Positions 8,882 to 18,790 of a stretch of DNA of 64,000 bases are shown in pieces. The position numbers and the translations under genes are program-made. The notes under the pieces are model-generated. The model was given only the letters and a program-made list of their open reading frames with translations. It searched no databases and was not told where the DNA came from. The first letter of the stretch is position 1. Every line of letters starts with the position of its first letter. This stretch comes from Alphaproteobacteria bacterium (GTDB lineage Bacteria > Pseudomonadota > Alphaproteobacteria > SP197): the NCBI GenBank assembly GCA_965200495.1, contig CBDAUG010000001.1, positions 2,196,885 to 2,260,884 on the forward strand, in the 5' to 3' direction.

Positions 8882-9847
8882 ATGCAGATCAACATGCGGG
8901 GGCCGGCCGGTCGCTACAATGCGCCCTATGGCGGAATCGCGACATTCCTGCGCCAGGACTACTGCGATGACATTGCCACTCTTGACGCTGACTATGCCAT
9001 TCTCGGCACGCCGACCGACGAGGGATCCCCCTTCATGGGCGGATCGCGTTTTGCCCCGCGTTCCATCCGCGAACATTCGCTGAGGTTCGGTTCGGACGGG
9101 TACTACGACATCCTCACAGACAAGTCTTACCTGGTCGAGGAAACGGCAAACCGGCGTATCGTCGATGTCGGGGACAGCGACGTTCTGGAGACCAATGTCG
9201 CAGGGACATTCGACAACATCACTGCCGATGTCTCGGGCATCCTCGAACGCGGCGCCATGCCGGTCATCATTGGTGGCGATCACTCGGTGACATATCCGGT
9301 GGTGAGGGCGTTCCATGAACCCATGCATGTCATGCACTTTGACGCCCACATGGACTATCGACCCTTCGTTCACGACCTGAGATTCACCAACGGTCATGCC
9401 TTCCGTCACATCAAGCCCATGTCCCATGTGCTGTCGCTGACACAGATCGGCATCCGCAGCCTGCGGAGCGCCCTTCAGGAGTTCATCGATGCGCGCGCCG
9501 AAGGCAGCCACATCGTCACCATGGATGAGATCCGCAGACTCGGGCCTGAGGACTTCGTGCACCAGACCTTCCCGCGAGGCGAAAAGATGTACGTGTCGAT
9601 TGATGTCGATGTCCTTGACATGTCACTTGTGCCGGGCTGTATCTCCGCGGAACCCAACGGCATGCTCTATGCCGAACTGCGTGACATCCTGCGCGTCACG
9701 GCGCGACACATGGACGTCATCGGTTTCGACTTCGTCGAAGTCAATCCCAGGCTCGATGTCGGCACCGGCGTGACGTCCTACCTCGGCGCCCACACCATGG
9801 TCGAATTCCTCGGCGCCATTGCCGAGGCGAAGGCCGCCAAGAGATAG
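8882..9847 (+). CDS. Ureohydrolase, arginase/agmatinase family (agmatinase or guanidino-acid hydrolase-like)
   Basis: Mn-binding motifs IIGGDHSVTYP, HFDAHMDY and SIDVDVLD. 321 aa. Confidence 0.85.
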   Translation: MQINMRGPAGRYNAPYGGIATFLRQDYCDDIATLDADYAILGTPTDEGSPFMGGSRFAPRSIREHSLRFGSDGYYDILTDKSYLVEETANRRIVDVGDSDVLETNVAGTFDNITADVSGILERGAMPVIIGGDHSVTYPVVRAFHEPMHVMHFDAHMDYRPFVHDLRFTNGHAFRHIKPMSHVLSLTQIGIRSLRSALQEFIDARAEGSHIVTMDEIRRLGPEDFVHQTFPRGEKMYVSIDVDVLDMSLVPGCISAEPNGMLYAELRDILRVTARHMDVIGFDFVEVNPRLDVGTGVTSYLGAHTMVEFLGAIAEAKAAKR

Positions 9848-10154
9848 GCACCGCGTCAGATGAATCACGTGGCGATGGAGGCGAAGTGAGGATATCGCCG
9901 GGCACCACCGTCCGCCTGAAGAACGATCCTGGACGTGGCGGAGAATTGCGGAAAGGTGAAAACGTCACCGCCGGCGGGCGCATGGTTGAGGCAAGGTCCA
10001 CAGTGTGGAGGAACGGCAGTTCGCATGCGTCGAACAGTTTTCGCGCATAGATCTCGAAGTCGAACCAGTCTTGAGCGGGTGAGATATACCCGGCCAGTGT
10101 GGCAATTGGATCATCGTCGTGACCGCTTTCGTCGACGTAGCAGACCAATGCCAT
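9741..10154 (-). pseudogene. DUF3800-family protein remnant; N-terminus conserved, remainder degraded
   Basis: MALVCYVDESGHDDDPIATLAGYISPAQDWFDFEIYARKLFDACELPFLHTVDL matches the DUF3800 'Y-x-DESG' N-terminus. Downstream sequence is low-complexity P/S/R-rich and overlaps the agmatinase 3' end. Confidence 0.4.
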
Positions 10155-10279
10155 CAAATGTGCTCCGTGTGAGTCATGGCCACAGCGACAGCCGGACCGC
10201 ACTGAGCGGCCGGCGGGGCATCGCCACCATGTCGTTGTGTGGCGCGGTGATCAGTCCGCAGTCTCGAACAGGTGCAAAC

Positions 10280-10576
10280 TCAAACCGCCATATGCGGCTG
10301 ATAGCGCCGTACTGCAATTCGGTCTTCGTATCTGCGCGCTTGCACGAGATCGTAGGCCGTCTGGCGTCGCAGCCAGAACTCTGCATTGGACCAGCCTGCC
10401 TTTTCGAGGCGGATGGCCATTTCGGGAGAGATCCCCGCGTGACCGTTGACAACCCGGGAAAGAGTATGGCGGGCGACGCCCAGCACCTGTGCCGCTTCGG
10501 TCACGCTCAAACCGAGTGGTTCGAGACAGTTTTCGCGAACACTGCGTCCGGGATGAGGGGGGGCGATCATCGGCAT
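10280..10576 (-). CDS. higA: HigA-family antitoxin (XRE-type HTH)
   Basis: Reads [72 protein letters not shown]. Lies 14 nt downstream of higB. Confidence 0.85.
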   Translation of the reverse strand: MPMIAPPHPGRSVRENCLEPLGLSVTEAAQVLGVARHTLSRVVNGHAGISPEMAIRLEKAGWSNAEFWLRRQTAYDLVQARRYEDRIAVRRYQPHMAV

Positions 10577-10590
10577 GCTCGTGGCTCCCG

Positions 10591-10869
10591 TCAGTGGTAG
10601 TCGACCAGGTCGACGTCGTAGGCGTCGCCGTCTTCAAGGCGGAAGGTCATCCGCCAGTTTCCGGAAATCGAGATGCTCCAGTGTCCCTTGAGATGGCCCT
10701 TCAGCAAATGAAGCCGGTAGCCGGGCAGATCAAGGTCGGAGGGCTTGCAGGCATCGTCGAGGTCGGCCAGCGCCAGTGCTCCACGGTCCGAAAGCTCGGG
10801 TCCTACCCTGTTCGCATCTCCACGTTCATACATTCGCTTGAGGCCGCGGTGACGAAAGCTCCGAATCAT
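10591..10869 (-). CDS. higB: HigB-family toxin (RelE/ParE superfamily 'killer' protein)
   Basis: Reads [38 protein letters not shown]…[39 protein letters not shown]. Toxin-first higBA gene order. Confidence 0.85.
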   Translation of the reverse strand: MIRSFRHRGLKRMYERGDANRVGPELSDRGALALADLDDACKPSDLDLPGYRLHLLKGHLKGHWSISISGNWRMTFRLEDGDAYDVDLVDYH

Positions 10870-10875
10870 GACCAT

Positions 10876-10896
10876 GTGTACCGCATGTCGGTACAC
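10876..10896. promoter_or_regulatory. Palindrome GTGTACCG-catgt-CGGTACAC immediately upstream of higB; candidate HigA/HigBA autoregulatory operator
   Basis: Perfect 8-bp inverted arms within 30 nt of the higB start. An AT-rich promoter-like stretch follows at about 10960–11030. Confidence 0.5.
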
Positions 10897-12596
10897 ATAT
10901 CAACCAAAACCGGCGGGTTCCGCGAGGGTGTGGAGACTTGCGACCTCCTGAAAATGATTCACAGTCTTTGCCAAGAGCTTTTGCCCGCCATAAAATTCAT
11001 GTTGTCAACGATTTATTGGTTTTCTGGCGGGCACCAGTACATCCCGGCGCACAACCGTTCGCGCCGTCTCGATGCCGGCCTCGCCCTCGATGGTGAGCGG
11101 CATCCCGTGCAGCGGCTCGATCCCCTTCTTCAGGCGCTGCGGCGGGACCTCCTCAAGGGCCGAAACGGCCATCATGCGGATGGGCGCGGCACCCGCCGCG
11201 TCCTTCGGGAAGAGCAGGTCCACCGGCGTCGCGCGCAGCGTCAGCCGCGCCGCCCGTTCTCTCGCGCTCGCAGACCGTGACCACGCGCGTGTTCGGGCAG
11301 GCGTGCGCGCGATCCGGGCCAGCGATCCGGCGGACGCTGTCCTTGTCTTCCTGCTAGCGGACGTCGGCGGCGGCAGGTCGCCCGACTGCGTTCACCGCCA
11401 TGCGGGCATGGACCAGGATGCCCGAGGTCGCCTTGCCGCCGCCGGCAGGCTCATCGAGGCCCAGCCCGCCGTCGTATCCTTGATGGCCAGCACCAGCCGC
11501 GGCACCGCTCCACCGTCTGCGCGCAATGCGAGACCGGCATGTGCTCCATCGTCACCACCGCGTTCGACAGCAATCGGCAGGCCACCGTCTGTCTGTTCCG
11601 CATGCCCCGGGAAGATCACCGGCAGACGCTCGCCAGGACGACACCCATCTGCACGATCCGGCTTCTGACCCGGCCGTCGGGATGCGGGCGGCTTGAGCCA
11701 GACTGCGCGGCGCACCCCCGAACGACGCCCCGAGGTGAGTTCCGGACAGCACTTTCATCCCGCCGCCCGGTCGCTCAGGCGATGCGCCTCGATCGGACGC
11801 GACATCCGCTGCATGGAGCGCGTGCACGCCGATCTTCTCACCCTGTGGGCTTCTTAATCCCCACCACCCGGCTCTTGCGGCTGATCTCGATCGCGCCAGC
11901 CACTGTGACAGCGTCGGCACCGGCCGGCGCCGCGGGTTCGACCCCCTGAGGACATCGTCAGGGTCTCCTCGTCACGTGAGACAAGGGCGGCACTGTTGCG
12001 CCGACCGCCCTGCGGCCCTCATGGGATCCGGTGGAGGGTTGCCGGGTGAAAATCCGGCAGAAAGAGAGGATGGCCGCGACTTTTTCCGCGAACCGTGCGC
12101 CGGTCGCCCGGACCTCGGGGCCGGAGTCGTTCCATGGCAAACACATGGCGCGAGCGGATGGCGCGGGGCGACACGACGTCGTGTGTGGCTTCCAGCATCC
12201 GGGCGAAGCGAAGCGCTTCCTCGGCGACCTCGGGGAGAGGCTGATCCACGACGGACTGGAACGGCATCCAGACAGGACCCGGGCTCATCGATTCCACCGC
12301 ACCTTGCGGCGGATCAGGGGAGAACGCCTCGAGGTGCGGCACGATAACCGGGACAAAGTGGCCGGCTCAGGGACCATGCCGTGCCGGGCAGCGGTTCATG
12401 TCCCACTGCAGGCGACCGCTCATGCGCGCCCTTCGGCGGCGACCCCAAGGCGATCGCACGACAGGGGAGGAGATCGACACCCTCATCGCCGCCCGGCATC
12501 CGCCACCCGTGGCCAGGCCAACGGCTCGTCGTCGGGACCTGAAGGACGAAGAGCGCGATTCTTGATCGCGAGACTCACGTCACACCGCCTTCGGGA

Positions 12597-12618
12597 TTGA
12601 TTGACCAGTCAGAAAATC
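12597..12618. promoter_or_regulatory. Operator-like motif ATTGATTGACCAGTCAGAAAAT; 20/22 identical in reverse complement to 20188–20210
   Basis: About 100 nt upstream of the PotD-like SBP gene. Palindromic core TGACCAGTCA. Shared with the amine oxidase operon promoter. Confidence 0.55.
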
Positions 12619-12718
12619 TGGGTGATGCTTTCGGGGTCCGCAAACCAGGTGGCGTGGACTCACATGAAACCCGGGGCCAGCGGGCTGCGGGCAGGTGACA
12701 ATCTGGAGGATCACATCC

Positions 12719-13828
12719 ATGGATATCAGGGATACCATCAAGCGACTTGAAAACAGGGAGTTGAGCCGTCGGGAGCTCGGTCAGGCGATGGCCGCGGTCG
12801 GGCTGGTGTCGACGGTGATGCCGTTGACGGCGGCCCATGCCGAGGATCAGGCGGTCTACTTTACGTGGTCCGGTTATGACGTGCCGGAGCTCTGGCCCGG
12901 CTATGTCGAAAAGCACGGTGTGGAGCCGGATTGTCCGGTCTTCGGTGACGCCGAGGAGGCCTTCACCAAGGTGAGGGCCGGCTTCGTCGTGGATGTCATG
13001 CATCCATGCAGCGGCAATGTGCCACGCTGGCGGCGCGCGGGCGTTCTCCAGCCCATCGACACATCGAGGCTTTCCAACTGGAAGGATGTGGTTCCGGCGC
13101 TCTCCAACATCCAGGATGCCCGGCACGATGGACAGCAGTGGTTCGCTCCTTTCGAGTGGGGGCAGACATCGATCACCTACCGCACGGACATCGTCGACTG
13201 GCAGGGCGAAGAGGAGTCCTGGGGGCTGCTCTGGGACGAGCGCTATGCCGGCAGGCTTTCGATCATCGATGCCGCCGAGGATGCCTGGTGGTGTGCTGCC
13301 ATCTACGCCGGGGTCGACACCGACAATCTGACGGAAGAGGATCTGACAAGGGTTCTCGATGTCTTGAGACAGCAGCGTGATCTCCTGAGGTTTCGCCAGA
13401 GCGACATGACGACGGTGGAACAGGCTCTCGCCTCCGGGGAACTCGTCGCAGCGATGACCTGGAACGATTCGCCCTTGAGACTCATCGGACAAGGCATTCC
13501 GGTGAAGTTCGCCAATGTCAGGGAGGGCGCGCTGACCTGGGTCTGCGGCATGGCGCTGACCAGCAATGCGCCCCACTACGACAAGGCCCATGATCTCATC
13601 GACGCCATGCTGGCGCCTGATGTCGGGGAATATGTGATCATGGAGTTCGGTTATGGTCACTCGAGCGCCGCGGCGTTCGACCGTGTCAGCGATGACGACC
13701 TGGCCGCCCGCGGGCTTTCGAGGGATCCATCCGACATCCTGGACAAGGGCGTCTTCCTGATGGCGCAGTCCGAGGAGATCGAGACCAGGATCAACCGTGA
13801 CTGGGGTGAGATGATCGCCGGTTTCTGA
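12719..13828 (+). CDS. ABC transporter periplasmic substrate-binding protein, PotD/PotF (polyamine/amine) family
   Basis: Tat signal SRRELGQAMAAVGLVSTVMPLTAAHA followed by a PBP2 fold (…WSGYDVPELWPGYV…ITYRTD…). No cognate permease or ATPase is adjacent. Confidence 0.85.
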   Translation: MDIRDTIKRLENRELSRRELGQAMAAVGLVSTVMPLTAAHAEDQAVYFTWSGYDVPELWPGYVEKHGVEPDCPVFGDAEEAFTKVRAGFVVDVMHPCSGNVPRWRRAGVLQPIDTSRLSNWKDVVPALSNIQDARHDGQQWFAPFEWGQTSITYRTDIVDWQGEEESWGLLWDERYAGRLSIIDAAEDAWWCAAIYAGVDTDNLTEEDLTRVLDVLRQQRDLLRFRQSDMTTVEQALASGELVAAMTWNDSPLRLIGQGIPVKFANVREGALTWVCGMALTSNAPHYDKAHDLIDAMLAPDVGEYVIMEFGYGHSSAAAFDRVSDDDLAARGLSRDPSDILDKGVFLMAQSEEIETRINRDWGEMIAGF

Positions 13829-13858
13829 CCCGGCATCGCACCTTGCCGTCTGAAAGAC

Positions 13859-13900
13859 GGGAACCGGGACCAGGCTCGGTCCCGGTTCCTGTTTCCTTCT
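13859..13900 (+). terminator. Rho-independent terminator after the SBP gene
   Basis: GGGAACCGGGACC-aggctc-GGTCCCGGTTCC is a perfect 12–13-bp stem, followed by TGTTTCCTTCTTC. Confidence 0.7.
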
Positions 13901-13920
13901 TCACAGTCAGGTGACGCGAT

Positions 13921-14595
13921 ATGCCCCATGGTGCACCCCCGGCTGCGAGTGCGTTGCCAGCGAACCGCCGCCTTGCCGTTCGCCAGGCACGGCGACAGCA
14001 GCTGATCGACGCCACCATCGAATCGATCGCCCGGCGGGGATTCTCGGGCACCACCCTGGAAACCGTCACCAGGGGCGCCCGGCTGTCGCACGGCGTGGTC
14101 AACTTTCATTTCCGCACCAAGGAAGATCTCTACGTCGAGACTCTGGGTCATCTGGCGCGGGAACATTATGAGCTGTGGCGCAGCGCCATGCTGCGTGCCG
14201 GCCCGGACCCGGCGAAACAACTGCAGGCCATCCTGGAGGCGGATTTCGACCGCCGGGTCTGCTCGAAAAAGAAACTTGCGGTCTGGTTCGCCTTCTGGGG
14301 CCAGGCGAAATACCGGCCCGCCTACCTCGAGATCCACCACCGCTTCGATGACGAGAGGTATGTCGAGATCTGCCGGCTGTGCCGGGAACTGGTGTCAAGC
14401 GGCCCCTACGAGGGCGCCGACGCGGACGGGATTGCCCGCAGCATCGAGGCCCTGATCGACGGTCTGTGGCTCAACCTGCTCATGTATCCGCGGGACATCC
14501 GTCGCCAGACCGCGAGAACGGATTGCCTGGCATATCTTGCCACGGCCTTTCCCCATCATTTTGAACGGCCGGCGGCCGGTGGCTGCAAGGCCTGA
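13921..14595 (+). CDS. TetR-family transcriptional regulator (BetI-like)
   Basis: HTH RQQLIDATIESIARRGFSGTTLETVTRGARLSHGVVNFHFRTKEDL. Immediately upstream of the dehydrogenase gene. Confidence 0.85.
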   Translation: MPHGAPPAASALPANRRLAVRQARRQQLIDATIESIARRGFSGTTLETVTRGARLSHGVVNFHFRTKEDLYVETLGHLAREHYELWRSAMLRAGPDPAKQLQAILEADFDRRVCSKKKLAVWFAFWGQAKYRPAYLEIHHRFDDERYVEICRLCRELVSSGPYEGADADGIARSIEALIDGLWLNLLMYPRDIRRQTARTDCLAYLATAFPHHFERPAAGGCKA

Positions 14596-14599
14596 TGCG

Positions 14600-16681
14600 A
14601 TGGCAAGGGATCCGCGTCACGACATCCTGTTCGAGCCGGTGCCCATCGGGCCGTTGATCGCCCGCAACCGGTTCTACCAGGTGCCGCATTGCACAGGCAG
14701 TGGCTGGCAGAGCCCGCACATCCTTGCCGGGCTGCGCGCCATGAAAGCCGAAGGCGGCTGGGCCGTGGTCAACACGGAGTACTGTTCACCCCATCCTTCT
14801 GTTGACGATACGCCCTATCCCATGGCGTCGCTCTGGGATGATCGCGACATCCGGGCGCACGCCCTGATGACCGACCGGGTTCACGCCCATGGTTCGCTTG
14901 CCGGCGTGGAACTGGTTCTGGGTGGCGCAAGGATTGCCAATCACCTGACCCGCCAGGTGCCGCTCGGGGTGGTCAGCATGCCGCTCGCCACAGGAGAGCC
15001 CTTCCAGACGCGGGCCATGGACCATGACGACATCCGCGAGATCAGGCGCTGGCACCGCAATGCCGCGCTGCGCGCCAGGCAGGCAGGCTTCGACATTGTC
15101 TACGTCTATGCCACCCATGACTATCTGCTGTCGCAGTTTCTCTCGCCGGTGCTCAACACGCGTTCGGACGAGTATGGCGGCTCGCTTGCCAACCGGGTGC
15201 GCCTGGTACGCGAACTCATCGAGGATACGAAGGATGCCGTTGGCGGGACCATGGCTGTCGCGGTGAGATTCTCTGCCGAGACCAACGGTGGTGGCGGCGA
15301 TGACGGCACGCCGGTTCCCGGCGAAACCGAAGACATCCTGGGCCTGCTGGGGGATCTGCCAGACCTCTGGGACATCAATGTCAGCGACTATTCCCTCGAA
15401 ATGGGACTGTCGCGCTTTGTTGCTGAAGGGGCCCTCGAATCCTACGTTTCAACCATCCGTTCCCTGACGACGAAGCCCATCGTGACTGTCGGACGTTTCA
15501 CCTCGCCGGATACCATGGCGGCCTGGGTGAGGAAGGGGCTGGTCGACTTCATCGGCGCGGCGCGGCCGTCCATCGCCGATCCCTTCCTGCCCAGGAAGAT
15601 CGAAGAGGGACGCATCGAGGACATCCGCGAATGCATCGGCTGCAACATCTGCTACATGGGCGATGCCCGCGGCGCGCCCATCCGCTGCACCCAGAATCCC
15701 ACCATGAGCGAGGAGTGGCGCCGCGGCTGGCATCCGGAGGTCATCGCCAGCCGGCATTCCGCGTCGCGTGTTCTCGTCATCGGGGCGGGGCCGGCCGGGC
15801 TCGAAGCTGCCCTGTCCCTGGGAAGAAGGGGCTATGACGTCGTTCTTGCCGAGGCCGAGCGCGCACTCGGTGGACGGGTGACGAGGGAGGCCAGGCTTCC
15901 CGGACTCGCCGAATGGGCACGTGTGCGCGATTATCGGGTGACCCAGTTGAACGGGCTTGCCAACGTGGAGATCTATCCTGCGAGCAGGCTGGGTCCCGGA
16001 GATGTCCTCGATGTGGCGGCCGACCATGTCGCTGTGGCGACAGGGGCGCACTGGAGAGCCGATGGTTTCGGTGTCAGCAATCGCGCAGGCATTGAATCCC
16101 TCGGTCCCTGCGAGAGCATCTTCACGCCCGACGACATCATGGCAGGCCGGTTTCCTGGGGGCCGTGTCATCGTCTACGACGATGACCACTACTACATGGG
16201 TACAGTCATGGCCGAGGCATTGCGCGGCCACGGCCTCGAGACCACGCTTGTGACACCCGAAGATGTTGTTTCAGCCTGGGGCGGGCTGACCCTGGACCGC
16301 TGGCGGGCCCGCAGACGGCTGATGGAGACCGGTGTCGGCATTGTCGTTGCCCATGAGCTGGTTTCCTTCGATGGCCGTCGGGCCCGCCTGGCCTGCAGCG
16401 CCGGGGGCGGGGAACGGGATATCGATGCGGACGCGATCGTTCTCGTGACGTCGCGCGCGCCTGATGATGCCCTCTATCAGGCGGTTCGCCGCAGCATGGA
16501 AACAGGGGACAAGGGCGCGCCGACGACGCTGCAGCGGATCGGCGACTGTGATGCGCCGGCTATCATCGCTGCGGCGGTCTACGCCGGACACCGTTACGCC
16601 CGCGAACTCGGCGCCGACGTCGATGCCGACAATCCGCTCAGGCATGACCGGGTCGACGTGGAGGCGAGCCATGACAACTGA
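14600..16681 (+). CDS. Trimethylamine/dimethylamine/histamine dehydrogenase-family iron-sulfur flavoprotein (OYE-like FMN domain + [4Fe-4S] + ADP-binding domain)
   Basis: N-terminal OYE/TIM-barrel region (FYQVPHCTG, SLAGVELVLGGARIANHL). Cluster motif CIGCNICY-x11-C. C-terminal GxGxxG (VLVIGAGPAGLEAAL). About 693 aa. Confidence 0.85.
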   Translation: MARDPRHDILFEPVPIGPLIARNRFYQVPHCTGSGWQSPHILAGLRAMKAEGGWAVVNTEYCSPHPSVDDTPYPMASLWDDRDIRAHALMTDRVHAHGSLAGVELVLGGARIANHLTRQVPLGVVSMPLATGEPFQTRAMDHDDIREIRRWHRNAALRARQAGFDIVYVYATHDYLLSQFLSPVLNTRSDEYGGSLANRVRLVRELIEDTKDAVGGTMAVAVRFSAETNGGGGDDGTPVPGETEDILGLLGDLPDLWDINVSDYSLEMGLSRFVAEGALESYVSTIRSLTTKPIVTVGRFTSPDTMAAWVRKGLVDFIGAARPSIADPFLPRKIEEGRIEDIRECIGCNICYMGDARGAPIRCTQNPTMSEEWRRGWHPEVIASRHSASRVLVIGAGPAGLEAALSLGRRGYDVVLAEAERALGGRVTREARLPGLAEWARVRDYRVTQLNGLANVEIYPASRLGPGDVLDVAADHVAVATGAHWRADGFGVSNRAGIESLGPCESIFTPDDIMAGRFPGGRVIVYDDDHYYMGTVMAEALRGHGLETTLVTPEDVVSAWGGLTLDRWRARRRLMETGVGIVVAHELVSFDGRRARLACSAGGGERDIDADAIVLVTSRAPDDALYQAVRRSMETGDKGAPTTLQRIGDCDAPAIIAAAVYAGHRYARELGADVDADNPLRHDRVDVEASHDN

Positions 16682-17429
16682 CGATATCCTGCCGACAGCC
16701 GAAATCTGGTTTGCCATCGAGGCCCTCGATGGCGGCATCATCCGGTTTCGGGAGGACCACATCGATTCCTATGCCGTTGGTGATATCTGGCTCGTCCGTG
16801 GCCGCGACAGGGACCTTGCCGTCGATACGGGCACAGGCATTGTGGCGCCCGCGCCTCTCGTCGAGGCCGTGGCCGGCAAGCCCGTCACCGCTGTTGCCCT
16901 CAACTGCTACTACGACCATGCCGGCGGCTGGGCGAGTTTTTCCGACCGGGCCTGCCATCCCCTCGACGCGCCGGAACTGCGCGTGCCCACCCGGGAAAGC
17001 GTCGGGGCCGGAACCTATCTCAACCGCAACACGCTGTGGGCGCTGCCCCGTGAAGACTACGACGTGGCCGACTACACGATGACACCGGCCGAGCCGACGC
17101 GTCTTGTCGAGGAGGGATCGCAGTTCGACCTCGGCGACCGCGTTCTTGATGTTCTGCATGTTCCCGGGCGTTCACCAGGCGGCCTGGCGATCTGGGACAA
17201 GGACAGCGGAACGCTCTTCACCAGCGACATGCTCTATGACGGTGACCACGGGCCCGCATGGCCGCCTCCTGAACCGGTTGCCTACTGCGCCAGCCTGCGG
17301 CGCATGCGCGAACTCCCGGTCAGGCGCGTCTGCCCGGGTCACTATGGTGTCATGGGCGCCCGGAAGATGCGCGAGGTCATCGATCGCCAACTCGGCGATC
17401 TCGAACACGCCGCCGGCGGAATCACCTGA
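16671..17429 (+). CDS. MBL-fold metallo-hydrolase
   Basis: Reads …LNCYYDHAGGWASF…HVPGRSPGG…DGDHG. Start overlaps the dehydrogenase stop (ATGA…TGA), indicating translational coupling. The first 69 aa of the listed ORF are in another gene's frame. Confidence 0.75.
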   Translation: MTTDDILPTAEIWFAIEALDGGIIRFREDHIDSYAVGDIWLVRGRDRDLAVDTGTGIVAPAPLVEAVAGKPVTAVALNCYYDHAGGWASFSDRACHPLDAPELRVPTRESVGAGTYLNRNTLWALPREDYDVADYTMTPAEPTRLVEEGSQFDLGDRVLDVLHVPGRSPGGLAIWDKDSGTLFTSDMLYDGDHGPAWPPPEPVAYCASLRRMRELPVRRVCPGHYGVMGARKMREVIDRQLGDLEHAAGGIT

Positions 17430-17705
17430 CACAGGGCGACAGGGACCGCCTGCGAGCAGTGATGGTCAACATGACGCTGTTTGACCGCATCGAAGGGGGA
17501 CCATTGATCGTGTCAGTTGTGCCTGTCGACCGGCTCGGCCGCCTTGCGTTCCGGGAGACCGTCTCGTATGCTCTCGGTGTGGATGCGTTGGCACGATGCG
17601 GCGTCATCGCCTGTCCGGGCCCAACAAACGCTCGCCCCAGAGGGGTGTGGCCATGGTCAGAGCGCCCGGCCATGTTGGTGAGATTCCCCGTACATGCCAG
17701 AGGCC

Positions 17706-18599
17706 TCAACGAAGACGCCTCCTTCGCGCGGCAATGCGCTCGCGGTGGATGATGTAGAGACCTGCACCAATGATGACACTGGCGCCGATCATCACTTCCC
17801 GGCTTGGCCACTCGCCCCAGATCAGCAATCCCAGCACGATACCCCAGACGAGCCCCGTGTACTCGAACGGGGCGAGCACGGAAGGCGGCGCAATACGAAA
17901 GGCCGCCGTCATGGCGTACTGGGCGAGTCCTGCCATGAGGCCGACGGTGGCGAGGACGAGAGCGTCGTCCCAGTCAGGTGTCTCCCAGACGAAGGCAACC
18001 GCGATGGTGCTGAAGGTGGTGAATGCCAGCGCGGTATAGATTGAAAGCGAGGCGGTGGTGACCACGCGACCCAGCACCCGCGTCATCATCATGCCGATGG
18101 TGAACATGATGTTCGAGCCTACCAGGAGCGCCGCGCCTTCCCATGGAATCTGCCCGCCCGGCCGGACGACGAACAGCACGGCCGCGAATCCGAGAAGCAC
18201 CGCGCTCCAGCGGTGCGGGCCGACCGGTTCCTTCAGAATCCATGCCGAGGCTGCGGTGATGAAGATGGGCGCCGCCATGCCGACAGCAACGGCGTCGGCC
18301 AGGGGCATCAGCGGCAGCGCGAAGACAAAGCTCGCAAAGGCGCAGAACCCGACTGTACCGCGCAGCAGGCTGAGACAGTGAAGCCGCAGGGACATGCGTT
18401 GCAGGCCTCCCTGACGGCTCGCCAGAAGAAAGATCGGTACCATGCCGAAGAGGCTGCGCCAGAAGAGGATGACAAAAACGGGGTAGGTTGCGGCATACCA
18501 CTTGCTGGCCGCGTCGTGCAGCGCCCAGAGACCGACCGCCAGCACGATCAGGGCGATTCCCAACTGCGGACGATCATGACCCTTGAGCGTTGCGTTCAC
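17706..18599 (-). CDS. DMT-superfamily (EamA-like) transporter
   Basis: 10-TM profile with two EamA repeats. 297 aa. Confidence 0.85.
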   Translation of the reverse strand: MNATLKGHDRPQLGIALIVLAVGLWALHDAASKWYAATYPVFVILFWRSLFGMVPIFLLASRQGGLQRMSLRLHCLSLLRGTVGFCAFASFVFALPLMPLADAVAVGMAAPIFITAASAWILKEPVGPHRWSAVLLGFAAVLFVVRPGGQIPWEGAALLVGSNIMFTIGMMMTRVLGRVVTTASLSIYTALAFTTFSTIAVAFVWETPDWDDALVLATVGLMAGLAQYAMTAAFRIAPPSVLAPFEYTGLVWGIVLGLLIWGEWPSREVMIGASVIIGAGLYIIHRERIAARRRRLR

Positions 18600-18790
18600 G
18601 TTCTGTCCTGCTCACCTTGCGTGCGGGTGCCAGGGGCCTTGTGAATGCCGCCCTGCGATGCGGTTCTGCCCGGCCTTCAATCGGGATGCATGCTGACACA
18701 TGTCAGATCGTCGACGCTACCGACGCGCCGGCTGCAACGCCAGTCGACGCGGTGCGCGTGCCGCTTGCGGCCCGCCACGTGCGGCGTTGC

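Noticed and set aside
10489-11280. 263-aa plus-strand ORF overlapping higBA
   Set aside because: The first part is antisense to higB/higA. The rest lies in the decayed region and has no family resemblance.
12575-13660. 361-aa minus-strand ORF
   Set aside because: Antisense shadow of the PotD-like binding-protein gene.
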